Part shown: one piece after another, positions 18,587-28,702 of the stretch
Position numbering within the stretch: position 1 is the first letter of the stretch
How the letters are laid out: each line of letters begins with the position of its first letter
Origin: Picosynechococcus sp. PCC 7002
GTDB lineage: Bacteria > Cyanobacteriota > Cyanobacteriia > Cyanobacteriales > MRBY01
DNA length: 32,000 bases
Assembly (NCBI RefSeq): GCF_963860125.1
Contig: NZ_CAWLFA010000001.1
Coordinates: forward strand, 1,847,930 to 1,879,929
Reading direction: 5' to 3'
Made by a program: the position numbers and the translations under genes
Notes under the pieces: model-generated
Told to the model about the DNA's origin: nothing
Databases searched by the model: none
What the model saw: the letters and a program-made list of their open reading frames with translations, nothing else

Positions 18587-18680
18587 GACTCGGATCTATG
18601 CGATCTCGACGCCCAAACCTTGTCAGGACCGGAAGGTAGCAGCAATACGGGATGCTCGTGGTAGGCGTAGGCTCCGGGTC
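18587..18680 (+). ncRNA. ffs: signal recognition particle RNA (4.5S/ffs, small bacterial type)
   Basis: Contains the conserved domain IV core GTCAGGACCGGAAGGTAGCAGC with a GGAA tetraloop. The terminal helix pairs GACTCGGA with TCCGGGTC and is followed by TTTTAGTTTTTT. The ends are approximate, to within a few nt. Confidence 0.8.
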
Positions 18681-18710
18681 TTTTAGTTTTTTGGGGATTG
18701 CAGCAGTCAG

Positions 18711-19301
18711 TTAGTACTTTTCACGGCTTAGGACAAACACGCTACCCTCATTCCCCCGGCCAATGCGCAGATCTTCGTCGAGATAAGTAATATCAAGCCA
18801 GCCATTATTATTTTTGCTGTTAATTCCCACATCAACAGGAAAGAATTTTTTCCCGGCTAACATTTGCTCGACGAGTCCTTTCGGAAAACGGTAGTTCATT
18901 AGGCGCTGGGAGCCAATCACGTAGCGATTGAAGAAAACATTCACCCGCTGATCAGAGACGGGAGTGAAAGAGGCTTCCACAAGCACTAAGCCTTCAAGGA
19001 AAGGAATCCCCTCTAGTTCGGCGATGTTGTAGATTTTTTGCTGGAGTGGCCGCACACATTGGTAAACCTGCCCTAGCTGCAAAAGGGGAAAGCGATTGAT
19101 CCCCAAGATGCCTTTGCTGGTGGTATAAATCAGTCGCCAATCCCCTTCGAGTAAGGTTGTCGCTTCTAGGGGCTTGGGGGTCGGGTTTTGGTCTTCGAGG
19201 CGATCGACGATGGCGAGGATATTGGCGCGGTCTACTTCAGTGGCGATCAGACCACGATTTTTTCCGGCAATGGTTTCAAGGAGGTTCGTTTTTAGATTCA
19301 T
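18711..19301 (-). CDS. PAP/fibrillin family protein
   Basis: LLETIAGKNRGLIATEVDRANILAIVDRLEDQNPTPKPLE....LEGDWRLIYTTS is the canonical fibrillin N-terminal pattern. Product is 196 aa. Confidence 0.8.
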   Translation of the reverse strand: MNLKTNLLETIAGKNRGLIATEVDRANILAIVDRLEDQNPTPKPLEATTLLEGDWRLIYTTSKGILGINRFPLLQLGQVYQCVRPLQQKIYNIAELEGIPFLEGLVLVEASFTPVSDQRVNVFFNRYVIGSQRLMNYRFPKGLVEQMLAGKKFFPVDVGINSKNNNGWLDITYLDEDLRIGRGNEGSVFVLSREKY

Positions 19302-19359
19302 GGAAAGGTGAGCAGTGGTCAGCGCAGGTCTAAGGAAATTTAGGCCATAGATTATTTTC

Positions 19360-20484
19360 TCATATCCCTTCAGCGGCGATCAGCAGGGCCAAGTTATCTC
19401 GGTGAATCACGGTGTCGGCGCTGCCGTAGCCGAGAATTTGGCGAATTTGGGTCGAATGTTGCCCTTGAATTTTTTCAATATCTTGGTGGTTGTAGTTTAC
19501 TAACCCTCTGGCGATCGCCTGACCTGTTTGGGTTCTCAGTTCTACGGGGTCGTTAATGGTAAATTCTCCTTCCACGGCAACAATACCTGCCGCAAGGAGA
19601 GAACGACCATTTTTCAGGAGAGCCTGGGTTGCGCCATCGTCAAGGGTGAGAATTCCCTGGGGTACAAGGCCATAGGCAATCCAACGTTTACGGGCATTAT
19701 CGGCCTGGGGTTGGGCTTCAAAATGGGTGCCGATATCTTCCCCAGCAACAATTTTCAGGAGATTCTGGGGGGTTTTGCCCTGGGTAATCACCGTGCGTAC
19801 GCCAGCGCTGGTGGCAATGCGAGCAGCAGTGAGCTTTGTTTGCATGCCCCCTGTCCCCCATTGGGAGCCGCTAGATCCAGCATCGACTTGGAGGTTAAAC
19901 AGTTCGCTGGAACTGACCAGGGGAATAGGGCGGGCGTCAGGATTTTGTCTGGGGTCAGCGGAATAGAGGCGATCCACATCGGTGAGTAGCACCAACCAGT
20001 CGGCATTCACCAAGCTGGCGACCAGGGCAGAGAGGGTATCGTTATCGCCGAATTTCAGTTCATCGACGGCAACGGTATCGTTTTCGTTCACAATCGGGAT
20101 CACGCTGAGATCCAACATCGCGTTGAGGGCTTCCTGGACGGTCAGGTAGGAAGTGCGATCCACGAGGTCTCGACGGGTGAGTAATACCTGGGCGATCGCC
20201 TGTTGCAGACTGGTAAATAGATCATCATAAAGCCGGATTAAGCGCCCCTGACCCACGGCGGCGATCGCCTGTTTTTCGGCAATTTTTTTCGGGCGTTCTG
20301 AACGTTTCAACACCCCACAGCCCACGCCCACGGCCCCAGAGGAGACGAGGATCACCCGGTGGCCCTTTTGTTTGAGGCGGGTCAAGGTTTCCACGAGGGT
20401 ACCGATAGTTGCCAAAGCCAACATGCCTGTCTTGGGATCTGTGAGGCTAGAGGTGCCAATTTTAACGACGATGGTTTGGGGCAT
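19360..20484 (-). CDS. proB: glutamate 5-kinase with C-terminal PUA domain
   Basis: Has [34 protein letters not shown] and GTGGMQTKL motifs. The ~100-aa C-terminal extension is typical of the PUA domain. Confidence 0.92.
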   Translation of the reverse strand: MPQTIVVKIGTSSLTDPKTGMLALATIGTLVETLTRLKQKGHRVILVSSGAVGVGCGVLKRSERPKKIAEKQAIAAVGQGRLIRLYDDLFTSLQQAIAQVLLTRRDLVDRTSYLTVQEALNAMLDLSVIPIVNENDTVAVDELKFGDNDTLSALVASLVNADWLVLLTDVDRLYSADPRQNPDARPIPLVSSSELFNLQVDAGSSGSQWGTGGMQTKLTAARIATSAGVRTVITQGKTPQNLLKIVAGEDIGTHFEAQPQADNARKRWIAYGLVPQGILTLDDGATQALLKNGRSLLAAGIVAVEGEFTINDPVELRTQTGQAIARGLVNYNHQDIEKIQGQHSTQIRQILGYGSADTVIHRDNLALLIAAEGI

Positions 20485-20674
20485 AGAAGACTGTGAGGCT
20501 AGGTGAATTTTTCTATTATTTCAGCAAAAATTCCCTTGAGCCGAAAATCTTACCCCACGTCCACAGCATCCTTTCCGTCTCCCGTTAGGGAAAACAAGGG
20601 ATTTCAGCAATGGCGGTAAAATAGACCCAGTTTCTGTGTTTTACATCCGCTGACAAAAGCCCCCAACGTTATCC

Positions 20675-21631
20675 ATGACCCACACTGCGATCACCAAAGA
20701 AAAACCCGATTGGGCTGGGGAAGACTGGTTATCCCGCCTCGTCAACCGTCTGATCCAAACAAAGCCCCTCTACGCTCTGATGAAACAACAGGCCCGGCGC
20801 GTTCTGATCAAAACCGCCGAAAAAAATGGTGTTCCCTGGCGGCAGACTGTGAAGGAATTGGAGCAATCCCCCGCCAAACAATATTTCCAAGACATCGCCA
20901 ATCCCCACCTGGACTACCCCGACTATTACCGAGTCCCCTTCCATGCCTATAACGAAGGGAATTTATGTTGGCAAGCAGCCTTTGAGGCGGCCCCGGCGAC
21001 GGCAGCGATGGCCCTACGGGTTTGGAAAACGGAACCCCTCACCCCAGAAGTGGCTCAGGCCCGACTCCGCAATAGTTTTTTAGATGTCCTTGAACAATAT
21101 TTGCCCCAGAACGTAAACGAAGTCTTGGATATCGGTTGCTCCGTGGGGATTTCGACCTTTGCGCTTCTAGAACGACTCCAGGCCAAAAATCCAGCAGTTG
21201 AGGTAACGGGCCTAGATCTTTCGCCCCATATGCTCGCGGTGGCTAAGGTTCAAGATAAAAATCAGGCGGTGCAATGGTGCCATGGCAAGGCGGAAACGAC
21301 GGAGTTTACCGATGATCGATTCGATTTAATTACCTTGCAATTTGTCCTCCATGAACTGCCCAACCAGGCCACCCGCGAAATTTTCCAGGAATGCCGACGC
21401 ATTTTGCGGCCCGGAGGTTGTTTGGCGATCGTCGATAACAATCCGAAATCTCCGGTGATTCAGGGTTTACCGCCAGCCTTGTTTGTGTTGATGAAGAGTA
21501 CAGAACCTTGGAGTGACGAATATTATACTTTTGATGTAGAATCGACACTAAAGGAAGTCGGTTTTGATTACCGCACCACCGTCGCCAGTGATCCGCGCCA
21601 CCGCACGATCATTGCCCACAAGCCCTTTTAA
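20675..21631 (+). CDS. class I SAM-dependent methyltransferase
   Basis: SAM-binding motif I is VLDIGCSVGISTF. Downstream motifs are FDLITLQFVLHELP and LRPGGCLAIVD. Confidence 0.75.
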   Translation: MTHTAITKEKPDWAGEDWLSRLVNRLIQTKPLYALMKQQARRVLIKTAEKNGVPWRQTVKELEQSPAKQYFQDIANPHLDYPDYYRVPFHAYNEGNLCWQAAFEAAPATAAMALRVWKTEPLTPEVAQARLRNSFLDVLEQYLPQNVNEVLDIGCSVGISTFALLERLQAKNPAVEVTGLDLSPHMLAVAKVQDKNQAVQWCHGKAETTEFTDDRFDLITLQFVLHELPNQATREIFQECRRILRPGGCLAIVDNNPKSPVIQGLPPALFVLMKSTEPWSDEYYTFDVESTLKEVGFDYRTTVASDPRHRTIIAHKPF

Positions 21632-21653
21632 TTGTTTGCCAAATGTTTGCCGA

Positions 21654-23360
21654 ATGAAAATTGCGATCGCCCAACTGAACCCCACCATCGGGGACTTGAC
21701 TGGTAATGCCGAGCGGATCCTGGTCGCAGCAGAAGAAGCGGCGATCGCCAATGTCCGCTTATTGCTCACGCCGGAACTGTCCCCTCTGTGGGTATCCCGC
21801 CCCCGGGATCTCTTGCTCCATGCGGATTTTATTGACCGGATGCAGGCCCAGCTCACGACCGTGGCGGCAAAAATTCCGCCGACCCTCGCCGTTTTAGTCG
21901 GTTTGGCGACTCCCAACCCAGAGGCGATCGCCAAGGGAGAAAAAGCCCTCCACAACAGCATCGCCCTCATTGACCAGGGGAAAGTCCAGCACATTTTCCA
22001 TAAGCAACTGTTGCCCACCTACGATGTGTTCGACGAAGACCGCTATTTTGAACCCGGCAAGCAGTCCAACTGGTTTTTCCTCCATCCTAGCCCGACGGTC
22101 GCCCCTTTAAAAATTGGCGTTACCATCTGCGAAGATCTCTGGAATGACCAAGCCTTTTGGGGCAAGCGCCAGTACGAAATTAATCCCCTCGAACAATTGG
22201 CCGAGGCCGGGGTCGATTTAATCGTGAACTTGTCGGCTTCTCCCTACACCGTCGGAAAACAGCGCCTGCGGGAAGGGATGCTCCACCATGGCGCTCAACG
22301 TTACCGGACGCCCATTCTCTACGCGAACCAAGTGGGGGGGAATGACGATTTGATTTTTGACGGCGGGAGTGTGGCCTTTGACCGAGAGGGACAACTGGTT
22401 GGGCGATCGCCAAGTTTTCAAGAGTCCCTGTTGGCGGTGGAATTTAGCCCCGACCAACAAACCCTATCACTGCCCCAGGGTTTACCTGCTGCTTTTCAGC
22501 AAACCATTAGTCCCGAATATGATGCCGATGAGGCGGAAATTTTTGCGGCCCTGGTGTTGGGTCTCCGGGACTATGCCCGTAAATGCGGCTTTTCGAAAAT
22601 TGTCCTGGGTTTGAGTGGTGGCATCGACTCGGCCTTGGTGGCGGCGATCGCCGTTGCAGCGGTGGGGGCTGAAAATGTGTTGGGGGTGCTCATGCCTTCC
22701 CCCTACAGTTCCGAACATTCCCTCAGCGATGCGATCGCCCTGGTGGAAAATCTCCAGATTCGCCACGAAATTATTCCCATTGAGCCAGCGATGCAAGCCT
22801 TTGAGACGATGCTGGGTGATTTATTTGCGGGCACAGAATTTGGAGTAGCCGAAGAAAATCTCCAGTCCCGCATCCGGGGAAATCTGCTGATGGCGATCGC
22901 CAATAAATTTGGTTATCTGCTGGTGTCAACGGGCAACAAGTCCGAAATGGCGGTGGGTTATTGCACCCTCTATGGCGATATGAATGGCGGCCTGGCGGTG
23001 ATTGCTGATGTCCCGAAAATGCGGGTGTTTAGCCTTTGTCAATGGTTAAACCGTGACCGAGAACTCATTCCCCCGGCAATTATTACCAAACCCCCTAGTG
23101 CGGAACTGCGTCCCGACCAATTGGATCAAGACTCCTTGCCCCCCTATCCGGTGTTGGATGAGATCCTCAAACGGGTCATCCACCGCAATCAATCGGCCCC
23201 AGAACTCCACGCCGCTGGCTATGACCACGATACTGTGGCCCAGGTTTTAAAGCTCCTCCATCGCGCCGAATTTAAGCGCCGTCAAGCTGCCCCTGGTTTA
23301 AAAATTACCGATCGAGCCTTTGGTACGGGGTGGCGGATGCCCATTGCCTGCCGCTGGTGA
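21654..23360 (+). CDS. nadE: glutamine-dependent NAD+ synthetase
   Basis: The N-terminal CN-hydrolase domain starts MKIAIAQLNPTIGDL. The C-terminal synthetase domain has the PP-loop VLGLSGGIDSALVA. The start is set at ATG 21654, because the ORF-track start at 21564 overlaps the preceding gene. Confidence 0.9.
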   Translation: MKIAIAQLNPTIGDLTGNAERILVAAEEAAIANVRLLLTPELSPLWVSRPRDLLLHADFIDRMQAQLTTVAAKIPPTLAVLVGLATPNPEAIAKGEKALHNSIALIDQGKVQHIFHKQLLPTYDVFDEDRYFEPGKQSNWFFLHPSPTVAPLKIGVTICEDLWNDQAFWGKRQYEINPLEQLAEAGVDLIVNLSASPYTVGKQRLREGMLHHGAQRYRTPILYANQVGGNDDLIFDGGSVAFDREGQLVGRSPSFQESLLAVEFSPDQQTLSLPQGLPAAFQQTISPEYDADEAEIFAALVLGLRDYARKCGFSKIVLGLSGGIDSALVAAIAVAAVGAENVLGVLMPSPYSSEHSLSDAIALVENLQIRHEIIPIEPAMQAFETMLGDLFAGTEFGVAEENLQSRIRGNLLMAIANKFGYLLVSTGNKSEMAVGYCTLYGDMNGGLAVIADVPKMRVFSLCQWLNRDRELIPPAIITKPPSAELRPDQLDQDSLPPYPVLDEILKRVIHRNQSAPELHAAGYDHDTVAQVLKLLHRAEFKRRQAAPGLKITDRAFGTGWRMPIACRW

Positions 23361-23375
23361 AGCAGATCCCAAACA

Positions 23376-24134
23376 TTAACCAACCCCAGAGATTTCAGTT
23401 GATTCCCAGGGAGCCAAACCGAGGTAACAAATGCCCTCTGGACTAACCGCAAAGCGACAGGGAAGAATTTGGATGCCGGCGGCGATCGCCTGACGGAATA
23501 GCTCTCCATATTTCGGGTCTTTGCTATCCCCAGGGGCAAATCGGGTGCAATCGCCTCGATTGATGAAATAGAGCATCACCGCTTTTGCTGCGGGCACAAT
23601 GTCGATAAGTTCTTGGAGGTGCTTTTGGCCCCTGGTGGTTTCAGTATCCGGGAAAAGCGCCAGTTTTCCCTTTGTCCAGGTGGTATTTTTAACTTCCACA
23701 TAAAGAGGCGATCGCCCTTCCCCTGTCAGCAGAAAATCAATGCGACTTTTGTTCTCTGTGCCATAGCGCACCTCCGGTCGCACCGTGTCGTAATGGTCGG
23801 CTAATTCAGGGATTTGCTTCGCCAAAAGCATCGCTTTGATCACCCGGTTAGGTAACGCTGTATTGACGCCGATCCAGGTCGGTTCTGGGGTGGGTAACTG
23901 GATCATCTCCCAGGTATAGGCTAGTTTGCGCTTGGGATTATCACTTTTTGAGAGCATCACCGGCGCTCCCAACTCACAAATCCCCGTCATCGGCCCCGTA
24001 TTGGGACAATGGGCCGTAACGATTTCTCCGGAGGCCAATTCAATGTCTGCTAGAAAACGTTTGTAGCGTTTCCGCAGGATGCCAGGGATCAATCCAGGAT
24101 AACGATAAACAAAAGGCTGTGTGGTCGCGGTCAT
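23376..24134 (-). CDS. sfsA: DNA/RNA nuclease SfsA (sugar fermentation stimulation protein homologue)
   Basis: RYKRFLADIEL..G..VTAHCPNTGPMTG and FPD..TTRGQKHLQEL closely parallel E. coli SfsA. The start is set at MTATTQ (24134). Confidence 0.85.
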   Translation of the reverse strand: MTATTQPFVYRYPGLIPGILRKRYKRFLADIELASGEIVTAHCPNTGPMTGICELGAPVMLSKSDNPKRKLAYTWEMIQLPTPEPTWIGVNTALPNRVIKAMLLAKQIPELADHYDTVRPEVRYGTENKSRIDFLLTGEGRSPLYVEVKNTTWTKGKLALFPDTETTRGQKHLQELIDIVPAAKAVMLYFINRGDCTRFAPGDSKDPKYGELFRQAIAAGIQILPCRFAVSPEGICYLGLAPWESTEISGVG

Positions 24135-24163
24135 CGGTGGAAAAATTAAGCTGGCGATCACCC

Positions 24164-24742
24164 CTAAAACTTGTAATGGGGATCTTGCCAATCAAAGACA
24201 GGGGGAACGTAGGTTTGATATTCCCATTCTGTGATCACATCTTCAATGCGGCGATGCACAATCCCCTGGGTGGCTGCTTTTTTGAGGGCTTTGGCCACAA
24301 TGATTTTCAGGGTATCCCAATCCATATCTGGGGCATCTGATTCGATGAGGTAGGAATCCCGTAGGAGTTTTTCGAGATCCCGTAGGCAGGTTTCGGCGAT
24401 TTCGTATTGGGCATATTGGGCTGGCACTAGGGGCGTTGAAGAACGCAAAGGATCCCGTTGGACAGCGGCGATCGCCTGGCGCACCGCAATATTAATTTGT
24501 TGCTTGAGATCCAGAACGCCTTTTTCTTCTTGGCGCTCTTTACCCCGTTCGCTGGAGGCATAGAGGGGAGGCACCCGGTTCAAAGCATAGGTGGCCACCT
24601 CCACCACATCAATATATTCAGCTAATTTCTGTGGGAGGCGCTTGAGTTGCCGATGGATTTCCTTGTGCACCAGGTTTTCCATAATATTTTGGTAAGCACG
24701 GCGATTACCCTTTCCTGGTGAGGGCACAAATGGCTGATTCAT
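24164..24742 (-). CDS. ComFB (late competence development) family protein
   Basis: NIMENLVHKEIHRQLKRLP....VVEVATYALNRVPPLYASSERG matches my recollection of the cyanobacterial ComFB-domain pattern. Confidence 0.65.
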   Translation of the reverse strand: MNQPFVPSPGKGNRRAYQNIMENLVHKEIHRQLKRLPQKLAEYIDVVEVATYALNRVPPLYASSERGKERQEEKGVLDLKQQINIAVRQAIAAVQRDPLRSSTPLVPAQYAQYEIAETCLRDLEKLLRDSYLIESDAPDMDWDTLKIIVAKALKKAATQGIVHRRIEDVITEWEYQTYVPPVFDWQDPHYKF

Positions 24743-24920
24743 AACAATAGCCCCTGTAGAGCAACGGGGAATTTTTTAGCAAAGACTGCAGGTTTTGGCG
24801 AAAACAAGGGCGAAAAACACTTTTTCTTTAAGGTACCCACTTAATACTATAGTTTGCCTTCCCCGAAGACCCAGATTAAGTTAACAATTGTTGCGGTTCT
24901 TCTACACTGGCTCCGGGGGA

Positions 24921-25559
24921 TTATTTTCGAGCATACACCGCATAAAACGGATCCCGGTGGCCCAAGCCCAACATCTGTAACAGGAGAGGCTGATCGCTAC
25001 GTTGTTTCACCACAGTGGGCTTGTCAAAGCCTGGGGTCTGCTGGAAGTAACGCTGCACAAGCTGGAGGTGCTCTGCGTCGGTACTATCGCGCCAAGCGGC
25101 GATCGCCTTTTGGTAAAACATCCGATTTGAAAAACTAACAATACAAATTCCCCCTGGGGTCAGCACCCGTTGAATTTCTGCAAACACCGCCTCTGGATAT
25201 TGGAGATATTGCACCGAGACCGCCACCAAAACCGCCTCAAAGCTTTGATCGGCCAAGGGTAATTTGGGATCGACATTGAGGTTTTGAACAAAATAGCGAT
25301 CCAGACGACGGTTTTTCGCCAGTTCTGCCGCGTTCATTCCGTGGCCGACCACCTCCCGAAACGCGAGATCTGGCAAATGGGAGACCCAACTGCTCATCAA
25401 ATCTAGAACTCGATCATTGGGCTGCAACAACGTGCCATAGAGTTGGGTTAACTGGTCAATAAAGCCATCATCTACGTGGGTCACAAACCGGGGGTAATCG
25501 TAGAAAAGCTGATCATCGCTAGAATCGAGCTTCTGCCGTTGGCTAGGGGAAAGAATCAT
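24921..25559 (-). CDS. class I SAM-dependent methyltransferase (Methyltransf_11-like)
   Basis: Has RVLDLMSSWVSHLP, FEAVLVAVSVQYL and LTPGGICIVSFSN motifs. Product is 212 aa. Confidence 0.7.
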   Translation of the reverse strand: MILSPSQRQKLDSSDDQLFYDYPRFVTHVDDGFIDQLTQLYGTLLQPNDRVLDLMSSWVSHLPDLAFREVVGHGMNAAELAKNRRLDRYFVQNLNVDPKLPLADQSFEAVLVAVSVQYLQYPEAVFAEIQRVLTPGGICIVSFSNRMFYQKAIAAWRDSTDAEHLQLVQRYFQQTPGFDKPTVVKQRSDQPLLLQMLGLGHRDPFYAVYARK

Positions 25560-25641
25560 AGAAAATGCAGCGCAAAGAATACGTTAAATTAGTGATCATG
25601 CGGGGAAACCCCCAGTCAATCTGCCCCTCAGGCACAGATGT

Positions 25642-27852
25642 ATGGATATTTCTAAGGTAACGATTTCTTGCGGGAAAAACGACTGCCCAGGGGTAGCTTC
25701 GTTGGCCCAATCCCATTGTCCCCTCTGCCAAGCGCCGGTGGTCAAGCGCTATCTGCGGGTTGTGGGGGCCCCTCAGTTGACCCTGACGCCCCAAACTCTC
25801 GTCGGAGAAGGCGATCGCTATTGGGTGACAGAAACCCCAGATATTCTCTTAGACACAAAGCCCGCATTGCCCCCGGTACTGACTGAAACGCTCCCCCCGG
25901 CCATCGAAAGTTATCTACGGCTCTCGACCCATCTGCTCCACATTCCCAAGGTATTTGGCCTGTTGACGCCCCAGGAAGGGTGGTTACTGGAATATCCATC
26001 GGTGGCCCTCGACGAAACCGGCTATCCCCGCTGGCCAAATTTATTTATGCCCCTCACGGAGGCTTGGCAGACCGCAACCCCGCTGCAACAACTCAACTGG
26101 CTGATGCAGATTGCGGCGCTGTTACCAGATTTTGTGGAACATGGAGTGGTTCCGAGTGTTTACTATCTGGGGGACTGGGCTGTCCACGGGGGCCTTATTC
26201 AGGTGCAAAAACTGCGCTTTGAACCCAAACAGCCCTTAAATTTGGTGCGCCTGGGGAATTTGTGGGCCGAGTTACTCGAAACCGTGGCCCCTGTGATTCA
26301 ACCTTTTTGTCATCGCCTCCAGCAGGGGTTAAGCCAAGGCCAGATCCAAGATCCGCAGCAGCTCTATGGGATTTTGCGCCAGGGGGTTTTGGAATTGGGG
26401 CGATCGCCCCTGGAATATCATTACCGCCTCTATACCAAAACTGACGCTGGCCCCAGCCGTGACCACAATGAGGATGCCTGTTTTCCGCCCCCCGGCAAAG
26501 TTTATCCCGATGCGCCCCTAGCGATTGTCTGTGATGGCATTGGCGGCCATGAACAGGGGGAAGTGGCCTCGGCGATCGCCATTGAGCAACTGCAAACCCA
26601 ACTGGAAAATTTCACGGATCACCCACCGGAGCAGGCCGCCCAGATCCAAGAAAAATTAGCCGCCGCCGTGCTCCAGGCCAACGATGTAATTTGCGATCGC
26701 AACGACCAAGAAAATCGCCAAGACCGGAACCGCATGGGCACCACCGTTGTCATGGCCTGGGTTCATGCCCCCGAACTTTACTTGACCCACGTGGGGGATT
26801 CCCGCATTTATCGCATCACCACCACCAGTTGCCACCAACTGACCTATGACGATGACCTCGGTTCCCGGGAAGTCCGCCTTGGCTATGCCCTCTACAAAGA
26901 CGCCCTGGCCTACCCTGGATCTGGGGCTTTGGTGCAAGCTTTGGGGATGAATCCGTCCCATTCCCTCCACCCCACCGTAACGTCCCTGGTGCTGGATCAA
27001 GACGCGATTTACCTCCTTTGTTCTGACGGCCTCAGTGATGATGGCCAAGTAGAAGCCCATTGGGCAGCGGAAATCGCGCCCCTAATCCAAGGCCAAAAAG
27101 ATCTGGCCCAAGTGGGCGATCGCCTGATTGAAATTGCCAATACCAAGAATGGCCACGACAACAGCACCATTGCCCTGCTCCAGGTCAAGGTGCAGGGAGA
27201 AGTTCCCGAAACGCCGATTCCTTACCCGAAACTCACCCAACTACAACCGACCTTTATCCAACCCAAGGCGCCGCCCCCCGTGGCAACCCAAATGTCTCGG
27301 CTCCGGGGACGTAAAACGGCAAATTCCCCCAGTCGTCTATTGCTGATTTTGGTTGGGTGTCTGTGTTTGTTGGGGGTTGGTAGTTTGCTGTGGCAACGTT
27401 GGCAGCGGGAACCCCTAGGCAGTTCTCCCTCCACAACACCACCAACGATTAATCCTGTCCCCATTACGGATGTCACCGAAGATCCACCAACAGTAACGGT
27501 GCCCGCAGGGGAACCAGAGGAGACGACTTTACCCCTGAGCAAAAACCAAATTTTTCAGCTCCAGGAAAATCGTTCTCTCACAGCCTACGCCACACCAGAG
27601 GCGATCGCCACCACCACCGCCGATCCGTTATTAATTTTGGGGGGCAGTATTCTTCGGGTCGAACAAATCAACGGGGAAAATCAAGTGATGCTTAAACTTT
27701 GTCAAAAAGGCGATCAAAGCGCGCCTCCAAGTCGCAAACTTTTGACCGAGGGCAATAATGCTTGGGTGGCCCTTGCTGACCTAGAGGGACAATTAACCCC
27801 TGATTTTACGGTGCCTGCCGCGAATCCTTGTGTGCCATCTGCTCTGGAATAA
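25642..27852 (+). CDS. multidomain PP2C-family Ser/Thr phosphatase with N-terminal 4-Cys zinc ribbon, one TM helix and a C-terminal extracytoplasmic region
   Basis: The Cys pattern SCGKNDC...HCPLC lies at the N-terminus. PP2C motifs are RDHNEDAC, VCDGIGGHEQGEVAS, GTTVV, HVGDSRIY, LLCSDGLSD and DNSTIALL. The TM helix is LLLILVGCLCLLGVGSLLW (~aa 566-585), followed by a Pro/Thr-rich linker. Confidence 0.85.
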   Translation: MDISKVTISCGKNDCPGVASLAQSHCPLCQAPVVKRYLRVVGAPQLTLTPQTLVGEGDRYWVTETPDILLDTKPALPPVLTETLPPAIESYLRLSTHLLHIPKVFGLLTPQEGWLLEYPSVALDETGYPRWPNLFMPLTEAWQTATPLQQLNWLMQIAALLPDFVEHGVVPSVYYLGDWAVHGGLIQVQKLRFEPKQPLNLVRLGNLWAELLETVAPVIQPFCHRLQQGLSQGQIQDPQQLYGILRQGVLELGRSPLEYHYRLYTKTDAGPSRDHNEDACFPPPGKVYPDAPLAIVCDGIGGHEQGEVASAIAIEQLQTQLENFTDHPPEQAAQIQEKLAAAVLQANDVICDRNDQENRQDRNRMGTTVVMAWVHAPELYLTHVGDSRIYRITTTSCHQLTYDDDLGSREVRLGYALYKDALAYPGSGALVQALGMNPSHSLHPTVTSLVLDQDAIYLLCSDGLSDDGQVEAHWAAEIAPLIQGQKDLAQVGDRLIEIANTKNGHDNSTIALLQVKVQGEVPETPIPYPKLTQLQPTFIQPKAPPPVATQMSRLRGRKTANSPSRLLLILVGCLCLLGVGSLLWQRWQREPLGSSPSTTPPTINPVPITDVTEDPPTVTVPAGEPEETTLPLSKNQIFQLQENRSLTAYATPEAIATTTADPLLILGGSILRVEQINGENQVMLKLCQKGDQSAPPSRKLLTEGNNAWVALADLEGQLTPDFTVPAANPCVPSALE

Positions 27853-27982
27853 AAATGTTGGGGCTATCGATTTTCCGGAGGCATTGCATAATGGAGGGAG
27901 ATTTAAGCTCAGTGTGGCCCTGCCATTCGACAGATCTATCGCTATCAGCAGTTAGTATCTCCTGCCCTTTGCCCCAAGAATT

Positions 27983-28693
27983 ATGGCCGAATCCCCCACG
28001 AATCCGGTGAGTGATGACACAGCCCGCACCTTCCTCAAGGCGTTGCCTTTTTTCCAGGGGCTACCGGAGGCAAGTCTACAAAAGGCGATCTCCCATCTGG
28101 TGACGCGGCCCTTCCCAGCCAACCAAATTATCCTTTTAGAAAAAGACTGGGGCGGTTCTGTTTACTTTATCCAGACGGGCTGGGTGAAAATTCGCACCTA
28201 CAACCTCGATGGCAAAGAAATTACCCTGAATATCCTCGGCGCTGGGGAATTATTTGGCGAAATGGCCGCCCTCGAAGAAGCCACCCGTTCCACCGATGTG
28301 ATCACCCTGACCGCCACCACCATTAGTAGTATCCCCGCCGCCGACTTCGTTGAATTGGTAAACACAGAGCCTCTGGTGGGAGTCCGTCTCGCCCAACTGA
28401 TGGCCAAACGCCTCCGCCAAGTGAACCGTCGCCTCCAGGTGCGCGAAACCAATAGTCTGGCGCGAGTCGCTGATATCTTGGTCTTTTTAGCTGAAAGTCA
28501 AGGACAAGCCACAGACCAAGGGGAGATCCGCATTCCGAGTCTGCCCCATCGAGAACTGAGTAGTTTAAGTGGTCTGGCGCGGGAGACAGTCACGCGGGTT
28601 TTGACTAAGTTAGAAAAGAAAGGTTTAATTAGGCGCACCCCGGATGCTGTGTTTATCCCAAATCTGCGTGCCCTCGACGACATCATCCATTAG
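27983..28693 (+). CDS. Crp/Fnr family transcriptional regulator
   Basis: The cNMP-binding domain includes LFGEMAALE. The C-terminal HTH is RELSSLSGLARETVTRVLTKLEKKGLI. Confidence 0.85.
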   Translation: MAESPTNPVSDDTARTFLKALPFFQGLPEASLQKAISHLVTRPFPANQIILLEKDWGGSVYFIQTGWVKIRTYNLDGKEITLNILGAGELFGEMAALEEATRSTDVITLTATTISSIPAADFVELVNTEPLVGVRLAQLMAKRLRQVNRRLQVRETNSLARVADILVFLAESQGQATDQGEIRIPSLPHRELSSLSGLARETVTRVLTKLEKKGLIRRTPDAVFIPNLRALDDIIH

Positions 28694-28702
28694 GCGATCG
28701 CT

